Program-made: the position numbers and the translations under genes
NCBI GenBank assembly: GCA_965237905.1
Contig: OZ250172.1
Span: forward strand, 1,856,001-1,920,000
Length of the DNA stretch: 64,000 nt
Source: Nitrospinaceae bacterium
GTDB taxonomy: Bacteria; Nitrospinota; Nitrospinia; Nitrospinales; Nitrospinaceae
Direction of reading: 5' to 3'
In this document: positions 8,392 through 17,104 of the stretch, in pieces
Position numbering within the stretch: position 1 is the stretch's first letter
Layout of the letters: each line of letters starts with the position of its first letter
The notes under the pieces: generated by a model
What the model was told of the DNA's origin: nothing
The model's database searches: none
What the model saw: only the letters and a program-made list of their open reading frames with translations

Positions 8392-9572
8392 TAGGTTTTT
8401 TGCAGAAAGTCGGAGAGCTTGTCAAAGGTGGCGGCGAAGTATTCGTGGGAATAATTGACGCCATTGTGATGCAAGAGTTCCTCCAGCTCGTCCGGAATCT
8501 TTTTCTTGGGAGGGTATTGAAATTCATCCACCATGAGAGGAACAATATTCCTGTGAGTGGTGATGGCATGGGAGATTTCCCTCCGCAACCAGTCGTCATG
8601 GTCCGTGCACCGGTCCATAGAGCCGGGCGACAAGACCACCACGAAATTGGGAACCGATTCGATTTCCCGCAATAACCGCTCACCGAACTGCTTCGGCCCG
8701 AGATCGTCCACATCCAGAAATGACAGATGCCCCCTTTTTTTCAATTCCGATTGAACGATGCGGGCCATGATGGAACCGGTCTCCCTGCGATAACTGATGA
8801 AGGTCGTTTTTTTCTCCGGCAGTTTCATTCCCATTACGGTGGCGCCCTGGGTCGCCAGTTCCGGTTGCACCTTTTTAATTTTATCCACAATCCGGTGATC
8901 CCACAGAACGGCCAGAGACGCACTGAAGACGCCTAAAAATCCGCCCATGATCAGATCCGGCACCCAGTGGATGCCCAGGGTGAATGAAGAAAGAATCACC
9001 ATGATTCCCAGCAGGCAAATGGGATTTTTGAATTTAAACCGGTAACGGTAACAGACAAAAATCATCACCAGAGTAAACGCAACCGGCAGACTGGGGAATG
9101 AGTTGTCCAACGCTCGGAACGATCTGTAAAACTCAATCCAGCCGGTGGACCACATATCGGATAGCAATGTGGCATTGGCCGGCGGGAAAGCCCACCGTTC
9201 CGGAACCGGGAAAAAGATAAAGAAGCATAGGGAGATCAAATAACTGATTGCGAGTCCCAAGGTCATCACGCGGAATGGAGTGATTTCTCTGCGGAAAAGA
9301 AGACCGGCAATCACCATCAGCAACAGCACGGGAAACAAAATGTAATAGGAAATGGAATGGGCTATCGCGGCCCCTTTCCCGAGGCCCGCAAACTGGGAGA
9401 AATCCAGATTTCCCTCCAATTCCATAAACGCCTGGGCGATTTTATAACCCGTTTCATACTGTGCAGGGTTCTTCAGGTTCGTCTTCATCTGGGTCTGGAT
9501 AGAGTTCACGATGAACAGCGCGAGTAGAATGAAGATCAATCCCAGGCGATTATTTAAAATTCGATGATTCAT
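8391..9572 (-). CDS. PAP2/AUR1-like multi-pass membrane protein fused to a C-terminal SARM1-like TIR domain
   Basis: About 6 TM helices with NSFPSLPVA and GIHWVPDLIMG (PAP2 C2/C3-like). The C-terminal TIR reads TFISYRR...FLDVDDL...NFVVVLSPGSMDRC...DWLRREI...NIVP...NGVNYSHEY. Confidence 0.88.
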   Translation of the reverse strand: MNHRILNNRLGLIFILLALFIVNSIQTQMKTNLKNPAQYETGYKIAQAFMELEGNLDFSQFAGLGKGAAIAHSISYYILFPVLLLMVIAGLLFRREITPFRVMTLGLAISYLISLCFFIFFPVPERWAFPPANATLLSDMWSTGWIEFYRSFRALDNSFPSLPVAFTLVMIFVCYRYRFKFKNPICLLGIMVILSSFTLGIHWVPDLIMGGFLGVFSASLAVLWDHRIVDKIKKVQPELATQGATVMGMKLPEKKTTFISYRRETGSIMARIVQSELKKRGHLSFLDVDDLGPKQFGERLLREIESVPNFVVVLSPGSMDRCTDHDDWLRREISHAITTHRNIVPLMVDEFQYPPKKKIPDELEELLHHNGVNYSHEYFAATFDKLSDFLQKT

Positions 9573-11263
9573 GATTTTTCTTTACGAGGCTTCGGCGGTT
9601 TGGGTTTAATGATCACCTCGACCAAAGTGAACAAGGCGGCCAAGCCGAACAGCCCAATCAAAATTTTGGTTGTTATTTTGTATGTGTCCCCGGCATTTGG
9701 GGTTCGCTCCAGAAACACCCGGTAGGCCACATTGCCCAGAGGCTCGAACCCGAACTTGCCGTCCTCCTTTTGCGGAAAACCCTTGCCCTTCAGTTGGAAG
9801 GAATGAAAATCCGATTGTGTGACTTCTACGTTAAAAGGCGTGTCTACGGTGTATTCGTTGGTATTGAAATCGCTCCACGTGATTTTTTGGACTTTCAGCT
9901 GTTGGCCCACAAGAATTTGAAAATCGACATCCCGCAGTACCCGCGCGGTTTCGTCATCAAACGGCCAGATATAACGGATGCGGTGCATTTTATGATCGAT
10001 CACCCAACTGATGCGCGACGCCAGGCTTTCCATATCCCCTATGCGGTAGCTTACGGAGAATTCCTGAGTCAGACCGGAATCCATGATCGTACTGGTCAGC
10101 AGGATCGAGTGGTCATGCCGGGTTTCCAGCGTCCAGAGAACGTCAAATGCGCTGTGGTAGTCTTCATCGAAGAGTTTCATTTCCGTTCCGGAAAAGCGCA
10201 CCGCCTGGCGGGCCGCCTCCAAATGTTTTTCATCGATTCCGGAGTTTTCCTTTTGAGATTTTCGAATATTGACCACCACGGGATGGGGCGTGGTTTTAGC
10301 CAGGTGACGCAGGGTGGCCAGTGACTTCCGCGCCTTCGGGCTGGCGTTGAAATCTTCCCACTTCAATATGTCTCCTTCACTGATGTCGGTCGCCTCCATC
10401 TTCCGGATGGTTTCGAGAATCTGGTCCTCGATCTGCTTGATGAGTTTATTAAACGGTTTGACCATCACCAGGAGGTCGTTGGGAGTCGAGTAAGGCAGTC
10501 GGATGAATTTGAGATCCGTATCGGTGTCGAACTTGTTTTTGACGCTTTCACGAACTGCCGCGAAATCTGCCTGCCTGCCCTTGATTATGGGAATCAAATC
10601 CGAAGAGGTAGTAATGCCATCCGGTGCCAGACTGTGAATCGTGATGAACTTCTGTTTGCCTTTAGGTTGCGTGAACAGAGAAAAGATGCCTTGCCTCTTG
10701 AAATATAAAGAAGGAAGAAAATGGCTCATGGTGCTGAACTTGCTGTGATAGACGAAACGCGCGGGTGTTTCCCTCTGTTTTAGAATGTTGATGAAATCCT
10801 TTATCTGGGCTTTCTGATTGCCCAGGTGGCGGGCAAAATCTTCCAGGGCCTCGGTTTTTTCATAGCCGAAATCTTTGTGGACAACGAAGTAACTGCCACT
10901 GGTAACTCTATGGTATTTTTTGTTTGAATACGTTCCCACAATCTCCATATTCGCCCCCAGCATTTCCGCGACGACAAAGGCGTAAGGGGCGACCCGGGCC
11001 AACAGCGGACCTTGTTTTTCCGGATCCCAGTCCACCAGGGTTTTGATTGCCAATTCATATTCCATTTCCTGTTTTTCAAAGGTCACGGGGACTTTGTGAC
11101 GCAAATAATCCAGAAGTTTCTGGTCGGCCAGCTTGGTATCGGCATCCGGTGCCACCGACAGAAATTGAATGGGGGTTCTTTGTTGGGAAACCGCGGTTCC
11201 TGGAAATACCACACTCCAGAGCAAGGCCAGTGCCCATAAATAGATCAAATGCCGTCGTGCCAT
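9569..11263 (-). CDS. Exported PhnD/phosphonate-binding-like solute-binding protein with a C-terminal TM anchor
   Basis: Signal peptide MARRHLIYLWALALLWSVVFPGTAVS; PBP2-like segments SYFVV, STMSHFLPSLYFKRQGI, ADFAAV, TPNDLLV; C-terminal hydrophobic helix with a basic tail. ATG lies 1 nt after the upstream stop and the gene overlaps the downstream start (ATGA). Confidence 0.7.
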   Translation of the reverse strand: MARRHLIYLWALALLWSVVFPGTAVSQQRTPIQFLSVAPDADTKLADQKLLDYLRHKVPVTFEKQEMEYELAIKTLVDWDPEKQGPLLARVAPYAFVVAEMLGANMEIVGTYSNKKYHRVTSGSYFVVHKDFGYEKTEALEDFARHLGNQKAQIKDFINILKQRETPARFVYHSKFSTMSHFLPSLYFKRQGIFSLFTQPKGKQKFITIHSLAPDGITTSSDLIPIIKGRQADFAAVRESVKNKFDTDTDLKFIRLPYSTPNDLLVMVKPFNKLIKQIEDQILETIRKMEATDISEGDILKWEDFNASPKARKSLATLRHLAKTTPHPVVVNIRKSQKENSGIDEKHLEAARQAVRFSGTEMKLFDEDYHSAFDVLWTLETRHDHSILLTSTIMDSGLTQEFSVSYRIGDMESLASRISWVIDHKMHRIRYIWPFDDETARVLRDVDFQILVGQQLKVQKITWSDFNTNEYTVDTPFNVEVTQSDFHSFQLKGKGFPQKEDGKFGFEPLGNVAYRVFLERTPNAGDTYKITTKILIGLFGLAALFTLVEVIIKPKPPKPRKEKS

Positions 11264-11264
11264 T

Positions 11265-13106
11265 TCAATTTTCTCCCAGGTGGTACATGCGGATTCTTCC
11301 AAAATTCTTGGGCAGGGGATGATTGCCTACATATTCACACCGATAAACCCCTGGCGCCTCAATTGAAATAAGCGCCGCAAAGGGTTCAGTCACATAGACC
11401 GATCCCACCGGAGTGCAGGGCTCCAGCCGGGCGGTTTTGTTGACATGCGTCCCGAAATATTCTTTTTTACGGGTGAGTGGATTGTACCCCTCAAAAATCG
11501 GCCCCACGTGTGTTGCCACCCGTAACCCCAGATCCTCAGGCAAATTCAGTTCGGCTAGCTCTTTGTCGGAGAAAATCCGGGTCAGCTCCAGCGAAACCCG
11601 GGCCGCGGAAGAAACGGAATCCATGACCAGATAAATCGCATCTCCCCACGTATTGGCAAACAGAATTTGCTTGGAATGGTTATTGAAAATCTGTTCCAAG
11701 TGGTGGAACCACCTGGAAATAAATTGCGGTAGTTGTTTTTCCTTGAGACTGCTGTAGCCTTTGACATCTGCAAAAATCATGGCCTTCATGTGTCGCTTCA
11801 GCTCTATTTTTTGGGATGAAGAAACCGGTAACGGGGCCACCCCTTTGGAGCGGGGCTCCGGCACCGGGATGACCAGGTTTTTTTGTCCCAAAGTTTCCCA
11901 ACGTTCCATGGCAGAGGCAGTGCCACCGGGGCTGGCGGAAGGTTGACCGTTCCACAACGCCACCTGGTAGGCCTGCGACCCCAGAGTTTGTGATCGCAGA
12001 TAAGCCAGTCCCATGATCTGCAGGGAACACGCCTCGTACAGCAGGTCGTAGCCGGTGTAGGCGTCCTCCACGATTTCATACACCGAGGCCGCGCGTTCCA
12101 ACGCCCGGTCAAATTTTTCCTCCCAGTCCGGACCCGCCGGGGAGACCGAGGTGCGTTTGAATTCCTCCCGGGAGAATGGCAAAATCACGTTCAATTCCCC
12201 GTCCGGTTGTTTCAATATTTCCTCAGCAATCATTAAATCTGCGCCACAGGCCAGCGCCCCGAACGCGATTTTGACTTTATGTTTTTCCAGAAGGTTACGA
12301 ATCTGTTCGCGGAGCATCTCTTCGTCCGCAGGATCGATGCCGGGCGATTTCCCCATACCATGAATGGTTTGGCCCATGAAAGCGATCACCGTGGGAGGCT
12401 GGATGGCTTCGATGCAATCGGTTGAGATCTCCCGTTGTTCGCAGATCAGAGACAACTGTTTCCAGGTGGTGCTCAGTTTACCATAATCATGAGAATGACC
12501 CCGATAGGCATGAGATAGAATCGGGGCTATTTCGTTATCGTTTTCCAAAAGAAGATTCGCTTCGGCACGCGTTACGTCGAGATAATAATCTTCACCGCCA
12601 TAGGTGGAGGAACTTTGATTGCAAAGTTTCAAAACTTCCTTTGCCAAACGACGGCAGGAGCTTTTATCGCCAATGATCAACGACAAGGTCGCGGCATTGA
12701 TGGCGGGATAGTAATTATGGTTGATCCGATATGCTTTGAGATAAAGGTCCCGGGCTTTTTTCCCCAACGATGTTTTGTTTCCGGGATCCTTTGCTTTCAA
12801 AAATTGATCTTTGTACAATCGTGCTTCCAGCGAAAGATTATCCTCGGTTGGAGGCAGTATGTCTTTCACTTTCCGGTAGAAATGTTCCGCCTGGGTCGTC
12901 GCGCCGCTTCTGGCCAGACTGAGGACCGCCAAATGAGCCAACGTTGGGTCGGCATTCTCCTGGTCCTCGAGGGCTTTGCAGGCCACATCATAGACCCCGA
13001 CAAAATCTCCTTTTTTGAGTAGCTCGCGCGCCTGGCAAACCAGTGACTCCGACTGCATGTCCTGAAATCCTTTTATAGTACTGAAATTACTTGGGTAAGG
13101 TGACAT
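11265..13106 (-). CDS. TPR-sensor (TRAFs-binding/DUF4071-like) + SLOG-like + class III adenylate/guanylate cyclase domain protein
   Basis: YYPAINAATL helical domain; ALACGAD, ILPF and LWNG...PGGTA SLOG-like motifs; cyclase motifs IFADVKGYS, NTWGDA, LRVATHVGP and YFGTHVNKTARLEP. Confidence 0.85.
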   Translation of the reverse strand: MSPYPSNFSTIKGFQDMQSESLVCQARELLKKGDFVGVYDVACKALEDQENADPTLAHLAVLSLARSGATTQAEHFYRKVKDILPPTEDNLSLEARLYKDQFLKAKDPGNKTSLGKKARDLYLKAYRINHNYYPAINAATLSLIIGDKSSCRRLAKEVLKLCNQSSSTYGGEDYYLDVTRAEANLLLENDNEIAPILSHAYRGHSHDYGKLSTTWKQLSLICEQREISTDCIEAIQPPTVIAFMGQTIHGMGKSPGIDPADEEMLREQIRNLLEKHKVKIAFGALACGADLMIAEEILKQPDGELNVILPFSREEFKRTSVSPAGPDWEEKFDRALERAASVYEIVEDAYTGYDLLYEACSLQIMGLAYLRSQTLGSQAYQVALWNGQPSASPGGTASAMERWETLGQKNLVIPVPEPRSKGVAPLPVSSSQKIELKRHMKAMIFADVKGYSSLKEKQLPQFISRWFHHLEQIFNNHSKQILFANTWGDAIYLVMDSVSSAARVSLELTRIFSDKELAELNLPEDLGLRVATHVGPIFEGYNPLTRKKEYFGTHVNKTARLEPCTPVGSVYVTEPFAALISIEAPGVYRCEYVGNHPLPKNFGRIRMYHLGEN

Positions 13107-13388
13107 TCTATTCTAACTCAAAGGACGCCTTTTGATAAATGAAACCGGAAATTTTCCAGTCCATATTCCAAAATAAAAACCCCTGATTCTCTGTGGGTTG
13201 AGAGAATCCCATTGATTTGGGGTGAATTGTGGATAATCCGTTGCCGCATCCACTCTAAAAATGGGGGACTCGAAGGTTTTCCGAAACCCTCGAAAAAGGT
13301 CTGGAGTCGCGTCAGTGCGGGCCTTATACTCAAAGGCGAACAGGGAGATCCTTCGGTTATATGTGTTGTCCGATACGGCAGATTCAAT

Positions 13389-15452
13389 ATGACGACTCAT
13401 CATCAGGTATTGAAAATAATTGCTCTGGCCGTGATGTATTTTGTTACGGCCTGGAGTGTCAGTATTTTAGGCCTGCCAGACGACTTTAGTTTACCCATTT
13501 ATCCTGCGGCCGGGGTGGCGTTGGGAGCGTTGATCTGTTGCGGGGTTCGATTGTGGCCGGGGATTTTTTTAGGAGGCTTGGCGTTTAACTTCTGGTTCAT
13601 GAATGCCAGGGATCCTGCTTCGGATTTGCCGGTTGTTGCCATGCTGTTGACAAGTTCCGCAATGGCTTTGGCGGCCGTCGCCCAAGCGCTTGTGGGGGCC
13701 TTTCTGTTTAACCGATTTGTCAGTTCACCCAACCCGTTGAACCGGACGAAAGATGTCCTGATTTTCATATTCCTTGTGGCGGCGGTGGGATGTGCCATCA
13801 GTAGTTCTATATGTATATCGATTCTGGGTTGGGGCGGTCATCTGCCCTGGGAGAAATCTGTTCAGGAAGGGATCACCTGGTGGCTGGGGGATGTCATGGG
13901 GGTTCTCCTGATCACCCCCCTGTTTTTTGTATTTCGTCAGCCTTTAAGTTATAGGTGGACCCCTGCCCGCAGGATTGAGGCCGGCATATTATTATTGATA
14001 TTTTACATCACCAGCCAGGTGGTGTTTGGGGATTGGTTGCAATACAACCATTACCCCTTGGTCTACCTGCTGGCCCCGTGCCTCGTTTGGGCCGCGTACC
14101 GGTTCAGCCATCCCGGTACCGTAATTGTGATCCTGATGGTTTCCACGGCGGCGGTCTGGGGAACGATGGGGGGGAGAGGGCCGTTCACACTGGTTTCTTT
14201 GGAAGAATCGTTTGCCTTGTTGCAATCGTATCTGTTGGTCCTGACGATCATGACGCTGATTCTATCTGCGGCGGCAACTGAAGCGGAGACCGCTCACACA
14301 CAATCGGTCCGGTTGGGTCGCGTGCTGGACGAATCCTCCAATGAAATTTATTTGTTCGACGCGAAAACTCTCAAGTTCATTCTAGTCAACCGGGGAGCCC
14401 AGGAGAATCTGGGTTATACGTTGGAAGAGCTACAGTCCTTAACGCCCACGGATCTGGAACCGAATTTCACGCGAAAGGATATTGAAACGATTCTTAAACC
14501 GCTACGCTATGGAACAGATGATCTGGTGGTTATCCAGGCCCGGCACCAGCGTAAAGATGGAACTTTTTACCCGGTGGAGGTGAGACTTCAACTTTCACGA
14601 GCCGAGGTGTGGCCGGTGTTCGTGGCTATCGTTCAGGACATCACCGAAAAGAAAAAGACTGAAGAAGAGTTAGCCGTACACCGTCATCATCTTGAAGAGC
14701 TGGTCATGCAAAGAACGGCCGACCTGGAATCGACGCATTTGCAACTGCTACACGCCGAAAAATTGTCCGCCACCGGCAAGATGGCCGCTTCCATGGCTCA
14801 TGAATTCAACAATCCCATCTATGGCATTCGTAATATTCTTGAAAAAATATTGAGGCGGGTCCAAATGGAGGACAACAACAAACGCTTTGTCCAATTAGCT
14901 ATACAGGAGTGTGACCGGGTAACGATACTGATCCGGAAAATTCTCGATTTTCACAGTCCGTCAACGGATGAAACAGAATGGATTGATGTTCATGAATCCA
15001 TCGACGACATGATTCTTTTGATCCAGAAGACATTCAGTATGCGCGATATCCGTCTGATCAAAGAATATGCGGCAGACATGCCACACATTGAAGCTGTCCG
15101 GGATCAGTTCAAGCAGATTATTTTAAATATTTTACAAAACGCCGAAGAGGCGATCCCCGAGGGTGGGGGTCGGGTTACCCTGACCACCTCTGCCGCAAAC
15201 GGGAAGGCGCAGATTCAAATCAAGGATACCGGAACAGGGATTTCCACCCAAGTGATGAAGAATATTTTTGACCCGTTCTTTACCACCAAACCCAGTGTCA
15301 AGGGCACGGGACTGGGGCTTTCCGTGACCTATGGCATCATCAAAAAACACAACGGGGAAATTCTGGTAGACAGCCTGCCGGGACGTGGAACCACCTTTAC
15401 TGTTTTGCTTCCGGTCAAGCAGGAGAAACCCGCCGCCTTGTCCGGTGGCTAA
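13389..15452 (+). CDS. MASE1-PAS sensor histidine kinase
   Basis: MASE1 TM region (IYPAAGVAL, WWLGDVMGVL); PAS (HQRKDGTFYPVEV); H-box AHEFNNPI; NAEEA, DTGTG, FDPFFTTK and GTGLGL boxes. Confidence 0.92.
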   Translation: MTTHHQVLKIIALAVMYFVTAWSVSILGLPDDFSLPIYPAAGVALGALICCGVRLWPGIFLGGLAFNFWFMNARDPASDLPVVAMLLTSSAMALAAVAQALVGAFLFNRFVSSPNPLNRTKDVLIFIFLVAAVGCAISSSICISILGWGGHLPWEKSVQEGITWWLGDVMGVLLITPLFFVFRQPLSYRWTPARRIEAGILLLIFYITSQVVFGDWLQYNHYPLVYLLAPCLVWAAYRFSHPGTVIVILMVSTAAVWGTMGGRGPFTLVSLEESFALLQSYLLVLTIMTLILSAAATEAETAHTQSVRLGRVLDESSNEIYLFDAKTLKFILVNRGAQENLGYTLEELQSLTPTDLEPNFTRKDIETILKPLRYGTDDLVVIQARHQRKDGTFYPVEVRLQLSRAEVWPVFVAIVQDITEKKKTEEELAVHRHHLEELVMQRTADLESTHLQLLHAEKLSATGKMAASMAHEFNNPIYGIRNILEKILRRVQMEDNNKRFVQLAIQECDRVTILIRKILDFHSPSTDETEWIDVHESIDDMILLIQKTFSMRDIRLIKEYAADMPHIEAVRDQFKQIILNILQNAEEAIPEGGGRVTLTTSAANGKAQIQIKDTGTGISTQVMKNIFDPFFTTKPSVKGTGLGLSVTYGIIKKHNGEILVDSLPGRGTTFTVLLPVKQEKPAALSGG

Positions 15453-15602
15453 AAACAAAGCTGGATTTCCTCTATATTTTCCCCTCCTATTTGCTGATCT
15501 CCCCTGTTAAATGCCTTATAATAGACGAGTTATAGTAATACTAATTTATCGAGCCGCAGTGCATCCAGCGGGAGCCCCTGTCTCTCGGGTTCCGTTGGAG
15601 AG

Positions 15603-16148
15603 ATGCCGGCCCCGATCAGAGCGCCCCGGATTTTCATGTCTGTTTTAACCATCAAGAATTGTCTCGATCCCGTTCTTCGTAAAAAGTGCGACTTGATCCA
15701 AAATATCAATCAGGGTCTCGTGACTTTGTCCGAAGACATGATCGAAACCATGTATGCCGCCACGGGAGCGGGTTTGGCCGCCAATCAGGTCGGTATTGCT
15801 TCGAGATTGATCGTCGTAGATTTGGGGTTTAAAGAAGAAAAGCATGAGCCTCTGATTATCGTCAACCCCGTCATCACCGCCTCAGAGGAAGAGCAAATGG
15901 GACAAGAGGGCTGCTTGAGCATTCCCGAGGTTTATGCGGATGTCAAACGATTCCAACAGGTGGAGGTCAAGGGTGTGGACCTGGACGGCAAGGACGTTCG
16001 TCTGGAGGCGAAAGGTTTTCTGGCACGCGCGTTCCAACATGAAATGGACCACCTCGAGGGAAAGTTGTTCTGGGATATGCTAGGCAAGGTCAAGCGGGAC
16101 ATGTTGAAGCGGAAGTTTAAAAAAATACTGAAAGAGATGCAGGAATGA
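15603..16148 (+). CDS. def: Peptide deformylase (start may be 15636)
   Basis: GAGLAANQVG, EGCLS and QHEMDHL motifs. Confidence 0.96.
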   Translation: MPAPIRAPRIFMSVLTIKNCLDPVLRKKCDLIQNINQGLVTLSEDMIETMYAATGAGLAANQVGIASRLIVVDLGFKEEKHEPLIIVNPVITASEEEQMGQEGCLSIPEVYADVKRFQQVEVKGVDLDGKDVRLEAKGFLARAFQHEMDHLEGKLFWDMLGKVKRDMLKRKFKKILKEMQE

Positions 16149-17092
16149 ATCTCGTTTTCATGGGTACACCGGATTTTGCCGTGCCGACTCTGAAGACGCT
16201 CCACACTTCCCGGCATTCCGTTCTAGCGGTGGTGACTCAACCGGACCGGCCCAAAGGTCGTGGACAGGCAATGCAGGCTTCCCCGGTTAAGCAGTATGCT
16301 TTGGAGAAGGGTCTTAAGGTGTATCAGCCCGAGAAGGCCAGCGCACCCGAATTTGTTGCGGAACTTGTAGCATTGAAACCCGACCTGATTGTGGTGATTG
16401 CCTACGGTCAAATCCTGCGGGAAAATCTTTTATCACTGCCGCAGTATTTTTGCATGAACGTTCATGCGTCCCTGCTACCCCAATACCGGGGAGCGGCACC
16501 GATCAACTGGGCCATCATCAACGGTGATAAGGAAACCGGCGTCACCACCATGAAAATGGACAAAGGACTGGATACCGGCGATATCCTGCTCATGCAAAAG
16601 GTCGCGATTGAAAATGACGATACCGCTCAACACCTGCACGATAAATTATCAGAAGCGGGAGGGGCGTTGGCTTTGGAAACGATCGACCAATTGGAAAAGA
16701 ACCAGTTGAAGTTCATTCCCCAAAATGATGCCGAGTCTACCTATGCTTCAAAACTGAAAAAAGAAGACGGTTGTGTGCATTGGGATCAGGAGGCCGAAGC
16801 GATCCGCAACCGGGTCCGCGGCATGGAACCCTGGCCGGGAGCATTTGGATTTTTAAAAGGAAAGCGTCTGCGTTTCTGCACAGTGGAAACCGCTCCGGGA
16901 ACGAAGGACGATGCGCCGGGAGTGGTGATGCGTGTGTCGGATTATGGAATTGAAATCGGAACCCTGAAAGACAGGATCATCGTGACCGAAATTCAACCGG
17001 AAGGTAAAAAGAGGATGACCGTCAAAAGTTATTTGCAGGGGCATGCGGTGGAACCCGGTGAACGATTTGACGTTTCCGGGGCTTCCGTTTAA
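16145..17092 (+). CDS. fmt: Methionyl-tRNA formyltransferase
   Basis: FMGTPDFA, VTQPDRPKGRG, NVHASLLPQYRGAAPI and LDTGD motifs. Confidence 0.96.
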   Translation: MNLVFMGTPDFAVPTLKTLHTSRHSVLAVVTQPDRPKGRGQAMQASPVKQYALEKGLKVYQPEKASAPEFVAELVALKPDLIVVIAYGQILRENLLSLPQYFCMNVHASLLPQYRGAAPINWAIINGDKETGVTTMKMDKGLDTGDILLMQKVAIENDDTAQHLHDKLSEAGGALALETIDQLEKNQLKFIPQNDAESTYASKLKKEDGCVHWDQEAEAIRNRVRGMEPWPGAFGFLKGKRLRFCTVETAPGTKDDAPGVVMRVSDYGIEIGTLKDRIIVTEIQPEGKKRMTVKSYLQGHAVEPGERFDVSGASV

Positions 17093-17104
17093 AGGAAAAA
17101 TACT

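Noticed and set aside
8391..13106. Calling the operon canonical Pycsar, CBASS or Thoeris
   Set aside because: There is no cNMP-binding effector domain, no CD-NTase and no SIR2-SLOG or Macro ThsA. The architecture differs, so it is reported as a candidate new system.
13212..13388. Upstream extension of the histidine kinase ORF
   Set aside because: Non-ATG start with non-protein-like sequence; the MASE1 domain begins right after ATG 13389.
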